64,000 nucleotides of DNA, taken from Camelus dromedarius. Taxonomy: Eukaryota. The position numbers were made by a program, and so were the translations under genes. The notes beneath the pieces were generated by a model. It was not told where the DNA came from and ran no database searches. It saw only the letters and a program-made list of their open reading frames with translations. The stretch is taken from assembly GCF_036321535.1 (NCBI RefSeq), contig NC_087436.1, forward strand, positions 14,198,001-14,262,000, read 5' to 3'. Of this stretch, positions 1 through 10,471 are shown piece by piece; the first letter of the stretch is position 1; every line of letters starts with the position of its first letter.

Positions 1-1674
1 GCAGTGGCTGTGGTCATGAGGTGGCTCCCTCTGCCAGCACACACACCCCAGGGTGGTGTAGGGAGGGGCGCCAAGCGGCCCTGGGGACTGTCAGGGTGTT
101 TCTGCCGAGGGAAGCTCCCAGTGGAGTTTGGAGGGTGTGGTGAGCCAGAGCCAGGCGTCAGTGATGTAAACCAGCAGGAGTGTGACCCAGCTGGTTAGAC
201 AGTCAGACGAGGATGGCCCTGCAGCAGGAGGCTGATGGACTGCTCCAGGGGCCAGGAAAGCAGTGCAGGGTCCCAGGGCAGGGTTCCATCTCTGTAGGAC
301 ACCGTGTCCGGGCTCAGCTAACTGTCTGGGGCAGAAAGAGCCCCAGGGTCCTGGGCAGTGCTGGGGTGGGTTATAGTCATCATTCCCTTAACCGTGTCTT
401 CCCTTTGAATTACACCCCACACACAACTCAGAAAATGGGGGTCTTTAAAACAGGAGCAATGTGACAGCTAACTGGCTTCTCTGAAAGACCTGTGAGCCTT
501 CCACTGCCTTTGCATTCTCTAATTGCCTCTGATTTTTAAGTTAGAAATGAAGATATAAAGGAAACCACATTTAGCCTCCTCCCTCTCATGGCAGGAAGCC
601 GGCAGCCTCCCTCATGCCTGACTTCCACTTATAATTGGAAATTGAGGGCTCTGTTAGGACTGGGTACCAGGAGGAGGCATGAAAGCACCCAAGCAGGAAT
701 AAGGTTTCTAGAGCAACTCAGTTCATTAAACCCTACCCATCCTAATAAAAGACTCTGAGTACACCTGAAACAAGCACAATATTGTAAATCAACTATACTT
801 CAATTAAGAAAAAATGTTTGGAACACCCATTCTTCACATAAAAGATTAAAGAGTGTTCTGTATATAGGATCCAGGGTAAATTATGATCTAATGTACCTTT
901 CCCTCAACTCTTTAAGACCCTTTACTGACATTAATACACACCATTAATTAATCTGGGCTTTGGTAACTTACAATTAATTTGCAAACAGAAAACCCGAGGT
1001 GGAGAGAGCAGCTCAGGTTATTAGATGTACCCGGAATATCCAGTTACCCACTAAGATCCTCAATCTGACATTGTGCGTTTATCAGTGATGGGAAAGAAAA
1101 AGCAGAAATATATTTCTCTTGTTGTTATTAATGACACTAAAGGCAAGATCCATAAATTATGTCTGGGAAGAGGAGCAGGGAGGGAAGAACCAGCAGTACG
1201 TGTAAAAGGGTCACTTATGCATTTTACTTTATAAGATTCTGCATTATTCAAATGTTTACAAGCCTATGTACGAGCCTATGTGTTCACGTAACTTCTTACT
1301 GAATTTTTCCACAGGTCACTTCTTCATAAATAGACAGTATCACATTTCTGGAAGCTTTTACAGAACTGTTTTTCTATTTTTCATTCTGTCATACTACTAA
1401 TCATTCAGAAACTCAGTTAAATCAGCCCCCCACCAAAATCCATAACTCTATTTATTTATATTGTGGTACTCTATTGTTATCACAGCATTCTCCACCTTTT
1501 AGTCAATTATATAGACAACATTTATTAAAAGTTTACCTACCTCTCCAGTTTTTAGAGCATCTTTATTCCAAAGTGGTTGCTTTTTCTTTTCTTTTCTTAA
1601 AGTTTACATGTTATGAAACAAGCCTGGGTACACCCTAGGCAAAGATCATCCTTAGATGACAGAAAAGGGAACTA

Positions 1675-1890
1675 AAATTTATTGAGCTCCCATGTGCCAA
1701 GTACCAGGTTGGATGCATGACTAGGGTTTAATCACCTCGACAATCCAATGAGGTAAGCATCATTAGCCTCACTTTACAGGTGAGGAAATTAAAGTTCACA
1801 GGACTTAAGAATCTTGCCCAACTTTCTCAAGTAAGGGAAGAGCTCCACTTTAAACCTAGGTTCTCTAATTCCATAACCCATACTCTTTCT
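1675..1890 (-). mobile_element. MIR SINE
   Basis: TTTATTGAGCTCCCATGTGCCAAG...CTTTACAGGTGAGGAAATT...TTGCCCAA. Confidence 0.7.
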
Positions 1891-2034
1891 ACTGGGTAAC
1901 TGTTTGCTGTTATGAGAGAAAACTCTGGCTCTGAATAGGAGAGTGCCCTTCCCATGTGAGTTCTGGCATTCCTAAAACTATTAAACTTTCATCATCACTC
2001 CTAACATCTGAAACTCATGCCCCAAATTCCTTAC

Positions 2035-2137
2035 CTCCTCTGACTCTGGCAAAAGCTTCAGAAACTCCCGCAATGTCTCTGATCCATAATGCTCACTCTT
2101 TCCTTGATGAATATCTTCTACAATGGACGGAGGAGAC
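2035..2137 (-). CDS. FHDC1: FHDC1 third coding exon (FH2 domain), 103 bp; the gene continues beyond the left edge of the window
   Basis: Acceptor ctgtcttttcaag|G completes the Lys codon, followed by SPPSIVEDIHQGKSEHYGSETLREFLKLLPESEE; donor GAG|GTAAGG. Confidence 0.95.
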
Positions 2138-2801
2138 CTTGAAAAGACAGTGATCAGATTCCAGGTCACATGTGCTGGAGTGCCAGAAACACAAGCCAGT
2201 GGAAATTAAAACAAATCACCTCCACCCTCCTTCCCATCCCGCCTCCTCCCCAGTCTGATGGGCGGTCTTGTGTCAGCGATCGTAACAGCCTCACTGCCAG
2301 GGAAAGCGAGAACCCTGGTATACCAGAGGTCCCTTCCCCTAGAAAACCATCCTTGGGCCTCCTAGAGAGGTCCAGGTGGTAACCGCCCCTGGAGGCTTCT
2401 TTGGGAGAAGAAAAGCAGCTCTGTGGAACCCCTGGAGCCAGGGCCTGCTCTTTTCCGCTTTAGAACACCTGAATTTAACCACTGTTTGACTCAGCGGTCC
2501 AGCCTCCACTCACGGGACAACGCCACAGATGAATTTATAAATTCCCTGACATACTGGACTTGAGTAGACACCCCAGGGCAATTCTCCCTGGACTCCAAGC
2601 CACAAGATTGTGTTTTTATGACAGTAAACAGCAGAAAGTGCCACACACTTGGGGACTCATCAAGCCATGCGTCTAAAAACAGCTTGAAGGTATGAGGAAT
2701 GACTTTCACTCGTTAGAATCTGCATTTCAGCTCACACCCACAGCCTCTGATGCTGACAGCAAGGACGTGACAAAAGTTTCAAATGTGTGCAAAAATCTTA
2801 C

Positions 2802-2863
2802 TTCTTAAACTGCTTAAGAAATATCCCAATGTTCATGTTCCGTTTTGCATCCAAGATGGTAAT
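2802..2863 (-). CDS. FHDC1: FHDC1 second coding exon (FH2 domain), 62 bp; absent from the supplied ORF track
   Basis: Acceptor tctctatttttttccag| then ITILDAKRNMNIGIFLKQFK+AA then |gtaaga. Contains the formin NIxIFL motif; the phase matches both neighbouring exons. Confidence 0.95.
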
Positions 2864-3921
2864 CTGGAAAAAAATAGAGACACGTAAGATTATTAAAACA
2901 CAAATAAAAAGAGTTGGAGGGAAGAAGAGAATTAAAATTTATCAAAATACAACACTGATTTTAATGTATAAGAGAATAATTCCCACTATGTATATCTAGA
3001 GATTAACTGATATACCTAATATAGTTTTATGAACATCAAAATATTATCATCTACCCAACTTTCTGCAATGACATATTTTGTTAACTGTAATACTTACACA
3101 TATCTAATTTAATATTGTATAGTTTACATAAATTATATTAAAATTTTCTAAATTTTGCAATTTCCTCTTAGAATTATACACCCCACAATTAAACACTCCA
3201 ATTTGGAAATCGATGTCTCAGCATAGCAAGAATCATATGAGATTTGAACTCTGAAGATGTTGCAGAATGAATCCCAACCCTGATTTAGGAATGTAAAAGG
3301 ACCAACACTGTTACTTTTAAAGATGTAATAACATTCTTGATATTTTTCTAAAGGAAAATTTTATTTTCATTGAAAAAGAATATGTATGTCCTACAGCCCT
3401 TTTAGGAGGAGGTAAGACAGTGCCCTACACTTTATTTACTCAGAATTTAAAAAGGAAAACTCTTGTGCTGTATTTCCCCAAGTCTAAGAAGCATTTTTTT
3501 TTTTTTGGCATGTGAACATCTCTGCAATCAGGATGCGTCTTGCAATACATGCATCATCTTTGATTTAATGAAATATGGTGGCTAGTCTAAGGTACCCGCT
3601 AAACCCAGGTTTTTGCTGCAATAGATTTGGGCTGTTTAAAATTACAGTAGTTCCACCGTTTCCACAGTTTCACGTGAGTGAAACAGTTTATTTACCCCGG
3701 TCAGCTGAAGTCCAAAAACATGAAATGGAAAATTCCAGAAATAAACACTTCCTAACTTTTAAATTGTGTGCCTTTTGAGTGGAGTGATGAAAGCTCACGT
3801 TTCGTGATGAGAGTGTATCCTGCATATGGTGTCCCTTAGTCACTTATTGGCCATCCTGGTTATTGGGCTATTGTCGTGGTATCACAGTGCTTGTGTTCAA
3901 ATGACCCTTATTTTACTAATA

Positions 3922-4230
3922 ATGGCCACAAAGCATGAGAACAGTGATGCCGGCAATTCAGATGTGCCAAAGAGAGGCTGTAAAGCGCTTCCTTTAAGTG
4001 AAAAGGTTGGAGTTCTCGACTTAATTAGGAAAGGAAAAAAATTGTATGCTGAGGCTGCCAAGATCTACAGTAAGAACAAATCCTCTATCCATGAAATTGT
4101 GAGGAAGGAAAAAGAAATTCATGCTAGTTTTGCAGGTGAACCTCAAACTGCAAAAGTTACAGCCACCGTGCATGATGAGTGCTTCGTTAAGATGGAACAG
4201 GCATTCAGTTTGTACAATAAGGTATTTTGA
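3922..4230 (+). pseudogene. Remnant N-terminal HTH DNA-binding region of Tigger7 transposase, open for 102 codons
   Basis: MATKHENSDAGNSDVPKRGCKALPLSEKVGVLDLIRKGKKLYAEAAKIYSKNKSSIHEIVRKEKEIHASF resembles the pogo/Tigger/CENP-B N-terminal HTH (LSEKV..LDL...YAE.AK.Y....SSI..I). Confidence 0.75.
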
Positions 4231-4275
4231 GAGAGAGACCACATTCATTTAACTTTCATTGCAGTATATTGTTAT

Positions 4276-4745
4276 TGATGAAATAAAAATTCACATTCTA
4301 AGGCAAATCAAGGAAAATTTAAACATTCTCTGACCTTTGGCCTCCTCTCTTCCCTTTCCTAAGCACCATGTATCTGCCTTGTGCATCAACCAAACCTCCC
4401 CATCGGCAGAAATACCTGCTCAGCCATTAAGAGCAACATTTTCCTGTCATCAACAAGATAACTTCTTAGGAGATAACCTTCTTCTTAATCTTGTAAGAGG
4501 CCACCATGACCGATGACCCACTCTCGCTTGGTATGGGCAGATCTGGATTCTGTAAACTGTCAACATGTCATTTAATGCACAGCCCTCTGTCTCAAAATTT
4601 ATATAACTGTGCTTTCATCTCAAATGGGCAAAACAGTTCTCAGAGCTTTCTGAAAGGCTGTTTCCGGGTGATAGTCCTCAGTTTGGCTCGAATAAAATTT
4701 TCAATTTCTTTCTTAGATGGACTGATTAATGTCTGGTCATCGACA
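4276..4745 (+). mobile_element. Solo LTR (ERV1-like) inserted in MER44
   Basis: TG...CA ends; 4-bp TSD TTAT (4272-4275 and 4746-4749); TATATAA at 4600-4606; AATAAA at 4691-4696; 470 bp long. Confidence 0.85.
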
Positions 4746-4853
4746 TTATAACTGTTCTATTTTACTATTCCTTATTGTTGTTAATCTCCTACTGTGCCCA
4801 AGTGATAAATTAAGCTTTATCATAGTTACATATCTATAGGAAAGAACACAGTA

Positions 4854-5291
4854 CAGATCCTCCTCAATTTATGTCCTGATAAACCCATCATAAATTGAAA
4901 ATGTGGAAAATGGACTTAAGACACCTAACGTCACAGCTTGGCCCAGCCAACTCAGAATGTTTACATTAGCCTGCTGTTGGGCAGAACCATCTAACATAAA
5001 GCATACTGTATAACAAAGTGTTGAATGGCTCATGTAATCGACTGAATACTGTACTGAAAGTGGAAAACAGGTTGCCAGTGAATTGGCTGTTTATCCTCAT
5101 GATCACGTGGCTGCTTGGGAGCTGCCGGGCTGCCCCTGCCCAGCATCACGACAGCGGACTGGACTGCCTATGGTTAGCCTGGGAAAGGATCAAAACTCAA
5201 AATTCCAAGCACAGTTTCTACTGAATGCCTGCTGCTTTCACACCATCGTAAAGTTGAAAAATCTCAAGTCGAACCATCACGGGACAGTCTG
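4854..5291 (+). mobile_element. MER47/Tigger5-family DNA transposon inserted in MER44
   Basis: TA TSDs (4852-4853, 5292-5293); ends CAGAT...GTCTG; hallmark CTGAATACTGTACTGAAAGTG and CACCATCGTAAAGTTGAAAAATC. Confidence 0.8.
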
Positions 5292-7619
5292 TAGATACAG
5301 GGTTTGGTACTATCCACGGTTTTAGGCATCCACTGGGGGTCTTGGAACGTAGCCCCCCACAGATAAGGGAAAACCACTGTGATAACCTGGAAGGGCTTTA
5401 TCAGACTAGAAATAAGACAGAAACTTTCTTTGGGGAGGTGGGTGGTGTTACATACAGAAGTCATTTCTTTGAAAGTAAATATCCAAGATACATGGAGGAA
5501 AGATAACTTTAAAAGCCTGCAATTTTTCCCATTTGTTTTTTGGAAAAGGGAGCCTAGCTAAAATGGGGATGTTGTCATAATGTTCTTCCCTTCCAAAAGT
5601 ATGTGATTCATTGTGAGCAAAAAAGAATCAGGTTTCAGATTAAATTCCTGATCTCTGGGCCTGCTTCTAAGTTTATAAGAAGCAGCAAAGACTGTTAACC
5701 AAAGTTAATGGGACTTCCTGGCTACAAGGTTAAATTTTTGCAAGAGTATGGTTGCCTTCTTTTGAAGACTAATCTTAAACAATCACATTATTTACTATCC
5801 TAGGGGTTTATTTCATGTTAACACAATCACCTGCCAGCCATAAAATAAACTCCCAAGCTAAAAGAACAGGCTCCTTCTTGGATTACAGTTCAAGTTCGGT
5901 GTGAAGGGAGGGGAGAGGAGGGGGGAAAGAAAGGGTGAGAATAAAACCTGTCAAACTCAACATCCTTTAAGAAGAAAGCTCATACCAAAAAGAGGAATCT
6001 AAATTTAAGACAGAAAACGATGTGCTTATCATAATCCACAAATTAAAAGCCACAAGTAAGAGCTTGTATATTGACCTGGCTATATACACATCCGAAGAGC
6101 TTTCTCTGCCCTCCCTTCTACTTGGAATGGAAAAAAAAAAAGAAACTTTTTTTATATTGCTTTCACTAAATTACCACTTCCTGCTGTAGTTAGCCCTTGA
6201 TGGCAGCACTCTCCTCCCCGCCCCTACACCCCAAGCCCCACCTTCACCCTCTTCACCCCTCACCCTCTGGGACTCTGTACACACAGCCTAGACCCACCGC
6301 TATTGTTGCCGAAAAAGTGATGGAGAAGTTACTTGTATTGTCCCTATTTGACAGATAAGGACACTGAGCCTCAGAGGTGTCATTTTATACCTTCCCCAAA
6401 GCAGTACTAGAACTGAAAGTCTCCTGGGTCTCTCTGGTTCCTGTTCACTCTAGCTCTTGTGGCTTCCAACATCGCTGAGGATATAGGAACACAGACAAGC
6501 TGTGAATCCCCCAGCCCAGGATTCACACTGGGGCATTTCTCCAGGAACTGGGGCAGATCTGTAGGGAGCCATCCGCAGGGCCTGGCCAAGTCCCCTGGGG
6601 ACCCCAGAGCTGTATCTCTGAGACGAAGGGCAGAACGCACGTTCCCTCCAGCTCAGACGGCCACCAGCCGTGCAGCTTTGGGCCACCAGGGACAGCCCTC
6701 CACGCTCAGCCCCAGGAGGGTGGGGGCGCCACACTTGGGGCAGCCGCTGTCTCCGCAGCCTGAAGCAAGGCTTCAGAAACTGCTCACTAATTTAAGAGAA
6801 TCCAGCAGTACTCCTAAGGAAGAACCCAGGCTGGCCATCGCTGAGCACCTGAAGGGCAGGACAAATCCCAGCGCCTCCTGTGAACAGCAGGAAAGTGAGA
6901 CCGCTGATAAGGCAGCGGGGACAGTGCCCTCCTCTCTGGCATCCTCCACTCTGCCAGGTGCGCGGACCGTCTCCTCCTCATAGGTCATCCCGCCTGAACC
7001 TTCTAAAGCACTGTTACAAAACAGTCCTTGAAAGAGGGTTATCGCTACGCGTGTAAATTAGCTTATCTTACTTCCCAAAGGCTTGCCGCCGGTTCAGGAC
7101 CAGCAGTTCAGAAACCCAAGCGTGTGGGACTGGTGATGCTTTGAGTCACTCCCAGCGACGGACTCCGCAGGGACTCGCTGGCTGCACAGGCTGAGACAAA
7201 CGGCCCCAAGAACAGGGATGAGCTGACCTGGCCCCCGCCCTCCCCATAAGTTCAATCAGTCCACATCTACCGCGCGGGACGGCAGGCCTGCCGAGGCAAG
7301 TACACTTGGCATGTACAGAGCTCTTGACCTTTCTCATTAAAGGCCCACAGAGGGGTTATGCCATCCCTGGAGAACAGGGGAGTGAAAACGGAAGGCAGGG
7401 AGCTCCCCTCAGCACCTCCAGAGAGGTCCTACCTGCTACAGTGACAGTCCCCCCCAGGCTGCCAGGGTGGGTTGTTCTGACCCCCTGAAGAAGGGTGTGA
7501 ATGGCTACCCCTCCCCCCACCAAAACCTCCAAATAAGCTCTCCTACTTTCTTCTACAATTCATCTACCATCAATCCACTGCAAAGTCTGTCTGCCATCTT
7601 CATTAAGGAAGAAGAAACT

Positions 7620-7935
7620 TTTCTATTTTAGTTGTAGTAAAATAACATTTTGCATCTTAACCGTTTAAATATACAGTTTGGGGATGTTAAGTACATTCAC
7701 ATTGTTGTGTAACCATCACCACCATCCACCCCCAGAACCCTTCATCTTGCAAAACTGCAACTCTGTCCCTGTTGAACACTAACTCCCCATGTCCCCTCTC
7801 CACCCCGAGCAGCCACCATTCTACTTTCAGTCCCAGTGAATGTGACTACTCTGGGTACCTCATGTAAGTGAAATCCTACAGGATTTGTCCTTTTGTGACT
7901 GGTTTATTTCATGTAGCGTAATATCCTCCAAGTGA
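7620..7935 (-). mobile_element. L1MB-like 3' fragment
   Basis: TTAAGTACATTCACATTGTTGTGTAACCATCACCACCATCCA...CCTTTTGTGACTGGTTTATTTCA. Confidence 0.75.
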
Positions 7936-8544
7936 CAGAAGAGATTTTTAAACCACTTTTGTTTCAATTTGTCAAAGAAGGCTTCCTTATCTACTTAAGC
8001 AACACTAAATAGTAGTTATTTCATTCCTATGTCAAATCTAAAAAGCAAAATTTAAAAAATCATCCTGTATCCTCTAATATAGACTTACTAGCTTTTGGGT
8101 TTTGATGGATTTCCATTCTTTTTTTTTTTTTTTTTTTTTTGGTTGGCTATGCATTTGGAAATGTTCATCCCCCTGCTCTGAGGGATAAAAAATGAAAACC
8201 CAGTTGAAGCTTTTTTTTCTTTTCCCCAAACATATTGCAAACACTCTACCTAGTTCTAGAGTTCTGGATTGAGCATGTCTCAGAATTCTGAACATCCTGG
8301 AGTCATTACAAAAGTTGAGAAAGAATGACTGATACCTGAATTACAGTATGGGAGAATAACATTACTTCCCATAAGTTTAGAAAAACCAGTCTTCCTTCCA
8401 TTTTTCCTTCCTCTTTCCTTTCCTCTCTTTTTCTCATAAACAATTTTAATTATTTCTTATGTGGTTAGTTAATCAACGTTAATTGTAATATTACTACAGA
8501 CAGCATAGTGCATGACCTCAAGTGTTTCAACATTTATGTTTTCT

Positions 8545-8830
8545 TTTTCATTTTTTAATTTTAGTTTTATGGGGCTATAAGTTAATTGAAACTATTAAGA
8601 TATTTAAGGTGCACAGCATGGTGATCTGATCTATGTATACATTGTGAAAGGACTCCCCCCACCTAGCTCATCACCTCACTTATTTAACTTTTTTTTTCTT
8701 TTTTTTTTTTTTTTTGGTGAGAACAGTGAAGTTCTACTCTCTTGGCAAATTTCAATTATAGAATACAATGTTGTCAACTACAGTCACCATGTTTCACATT
8801 CCATCCTCAGACCTTATTCATCTTACTGTA
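8545..8830 (-). mobile_element. L1MA/L1MB-like 3' fragment
   Basis: TATTTAAGGTGCACAGCATGGTGAT...TCTACTCTCTTGGCAAATTTCAA...AACTACAGTCACCATG. Confidence 0.7.
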
Positions 8831-9639
8831 TTTCCACTGTGGACTTCAATTTTTATTTATCATGTTGATGCCTTGTAAGATAGTCCCTTCATTCTCTCAG
8901 TTTAGTTCCATCCTCTCAGTGACCTTTAATTTCCTTGGAGGACACCAAACGGCTAAGACCGTCCTCCCCTAAAGAGCGGCTCAGATTCTATAGGGAGTAA
9001 AGTGTAGCCCCAGCCAACGAGCTCTGCAGGCTGGGGGGGCAGTGGTAACAGATGGGTGGGGAACTCCTCAGAGCTGAGAGCAGTGAACTCAGAAAAGGAG
9101 GTGGAGGTTGAGTTCAATCTCTTTACTATTATCCCAGGCAATATTCTTTGTTATTTCTAATTACTTTATTACAGTTTAGTTACTACTGTAACATCTGTAG
9201 CCTCTTCAAGTTAACTTTAAGCCAGCAAAGATACAAGGACAGTAGTATTTTGTAACCTTTTCTCCCCTTACTAAATGTTCTAATTTACTATTTTAAGTGT
9301 CGTTCTTCCTAAATTCAGCCACTTGTAAATTTCAGTCTGTGTTAGACTGTCACTCTACTGGGCTGTGACTTCTTTAGAAGAAAATCTAATAAGGGAAGAA
9401 AACAGCATGGACTGTATTCTTTCACTGATAAAAAGCATATATAATACTTCTAGCCCTGTTGGAGATGGCATGAAAAATGGAACCTAATTCTGGATAACTC
9501 TCTGCTTATAATACTTGCCCTACCTGAGTACTAAAGAGATGAAGAGCTAGATTATCTTATGTTACACAGTCATGATGGTTTAATTTTCCTTTCTAGTTAT
9601 GCTGTCTCTCAGATTAGGACCCACATGTGTTAAAAGTAA

Positions 9640-10308
9640 AGATATCTGCACACTCACATTCATAGCAGCTGTATCCACAGGAGCCAAAAGGTGGAAGCAA
9701 CCTAAGTGTCCATCAACAGATGACCGGATAAACGAATTGTGGTCTATACATTCAAGGGAATATTATTCAGCCTTAAAATTCTGGCACATGCTACAACACG
9801 GACGAACCTTGAGTATATTATGTGAAGTGAAACAGTCCAGTCACAAAAAGGCAAATACTGTGTGAGGTCCCTGGAGTAGTCAGGTTCATAGAGGTAGAAA
9901 GAAGGGGGGGCTGCCTGGGGCCAGAGGGAGGGGAGGAGTGAGGAGTGCTTGTTTAATGAGAACACAGTTTCAAGATCTTGTGGTAGCTCACACCAAAAAA
10001 AAAAAGCATTGACAATGAATATGTGTATGTTCATGCATAACTGAAAAATTGTGCTCTACCCTGGAATTTGACATAACACTGTAAAATGACTATAACTCAA
10101 TAAAAAAAACATTTAAAAATTTTAAGAAAAGAAAAAGAAAAAAATGAGAACAGAGTTTCAGTTTTGCAAGATGCAAAGACTTCTGTGGATGGACGGTGAT
10201 GGTGGTTGTACAACAATGTGAATGGTCTTGTGCACTGAACTGGATACTTAAAAACGGGTAAGAGGGTAAATGTTGTGTTACGTACATTTTACCACAATTT
10301 AAAAAAAT
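9640..10308 (+). mobile_element. Old L1 (L1MB-like) 3' fragment
   Basis: GCCAAAAGGTGGAAGCAACCTAAGTGTCCATCAACAGATGA...GGTGATGGTGGTTGTACAACAATGTGAATG...TTTTACCACAATTTAAAAAA. Confidence 0.8.
9973..10142 (+). mobile_element. Younger lineage-specific 5'-truncated L1 3' end nested in the L1MB
   Basis: Ends GACTATAACTCAATAAAAAA plus an A-rich tail; 18-bp TSD AATGAGAACA(C/G)AGTTTCA at 9955-9972 and 10143-10160. Confidence 0.8.
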
Positions 10309-10318
10309 AATTATTCAA

Positions 10319-10471
10319 GGTGGGGAGGGTATAGCTCAATGGTAGAGTGTGTGCTTAGCATGCAAGAGGTCCTGGGTTCAATACCCAGTGCCTCCATTAA
10401 AATAAATGAATAAATAAACCGAATTTCCTCCCCCCAAAATAAAAATAAATACATTAAAAAATTTTTTTAAA
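10319..10471 (+). mobile_element. tRNA-Ala-derived SINE (camelid Vic-1 type)
   Basis: GGGGAGGGTATAGCTCAATGGTAGAG...GCTTAGCATGC...GGGTTCAATACCCAG head with A and B boxes; AATAAA-rich tail; short TSD TATTCAA. Confidence 0.85.

Larger units (their letters stand above)
3645..5379 (+). mobile_element. MER44 (Tigger7-derived, TcMar-Tigger) DNA transposon interrupted by two nested insertions
   Basis: Termini TA|CAGTAGTTCC and GATAAGGGAAAACCACTG; internal MER44 hallmarks (ATGGAAAATTCCAGAAATAAAC; GGCATCCACTGGGGGTCTTGGAACGTA). The consensus resumes after each insert. Confidence 0.85.

Noticed and set aside
1..2034. Next FHDC1 coding exon (expected to begin roughly VKKLKAF...)
   Set aside because: I found no matching minus-strand sequence; it probably lies beyond the left edge of the window.
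6459..6983. 174-aa plus-strand ORF
   Set aside because: GTG start, GC-rich intron, antisense to FHDC1, no recognisable domain.
10322..10396. tRNA-Ala(AGC)-like sequences (also at ~20735, ~24930, ~26550 and ~39217)
   Set aside because: They share a non-tRNA tail, have TSDs in several copies, show broken stems and diverge from one another. They are SINE heads, not tRNA genes.
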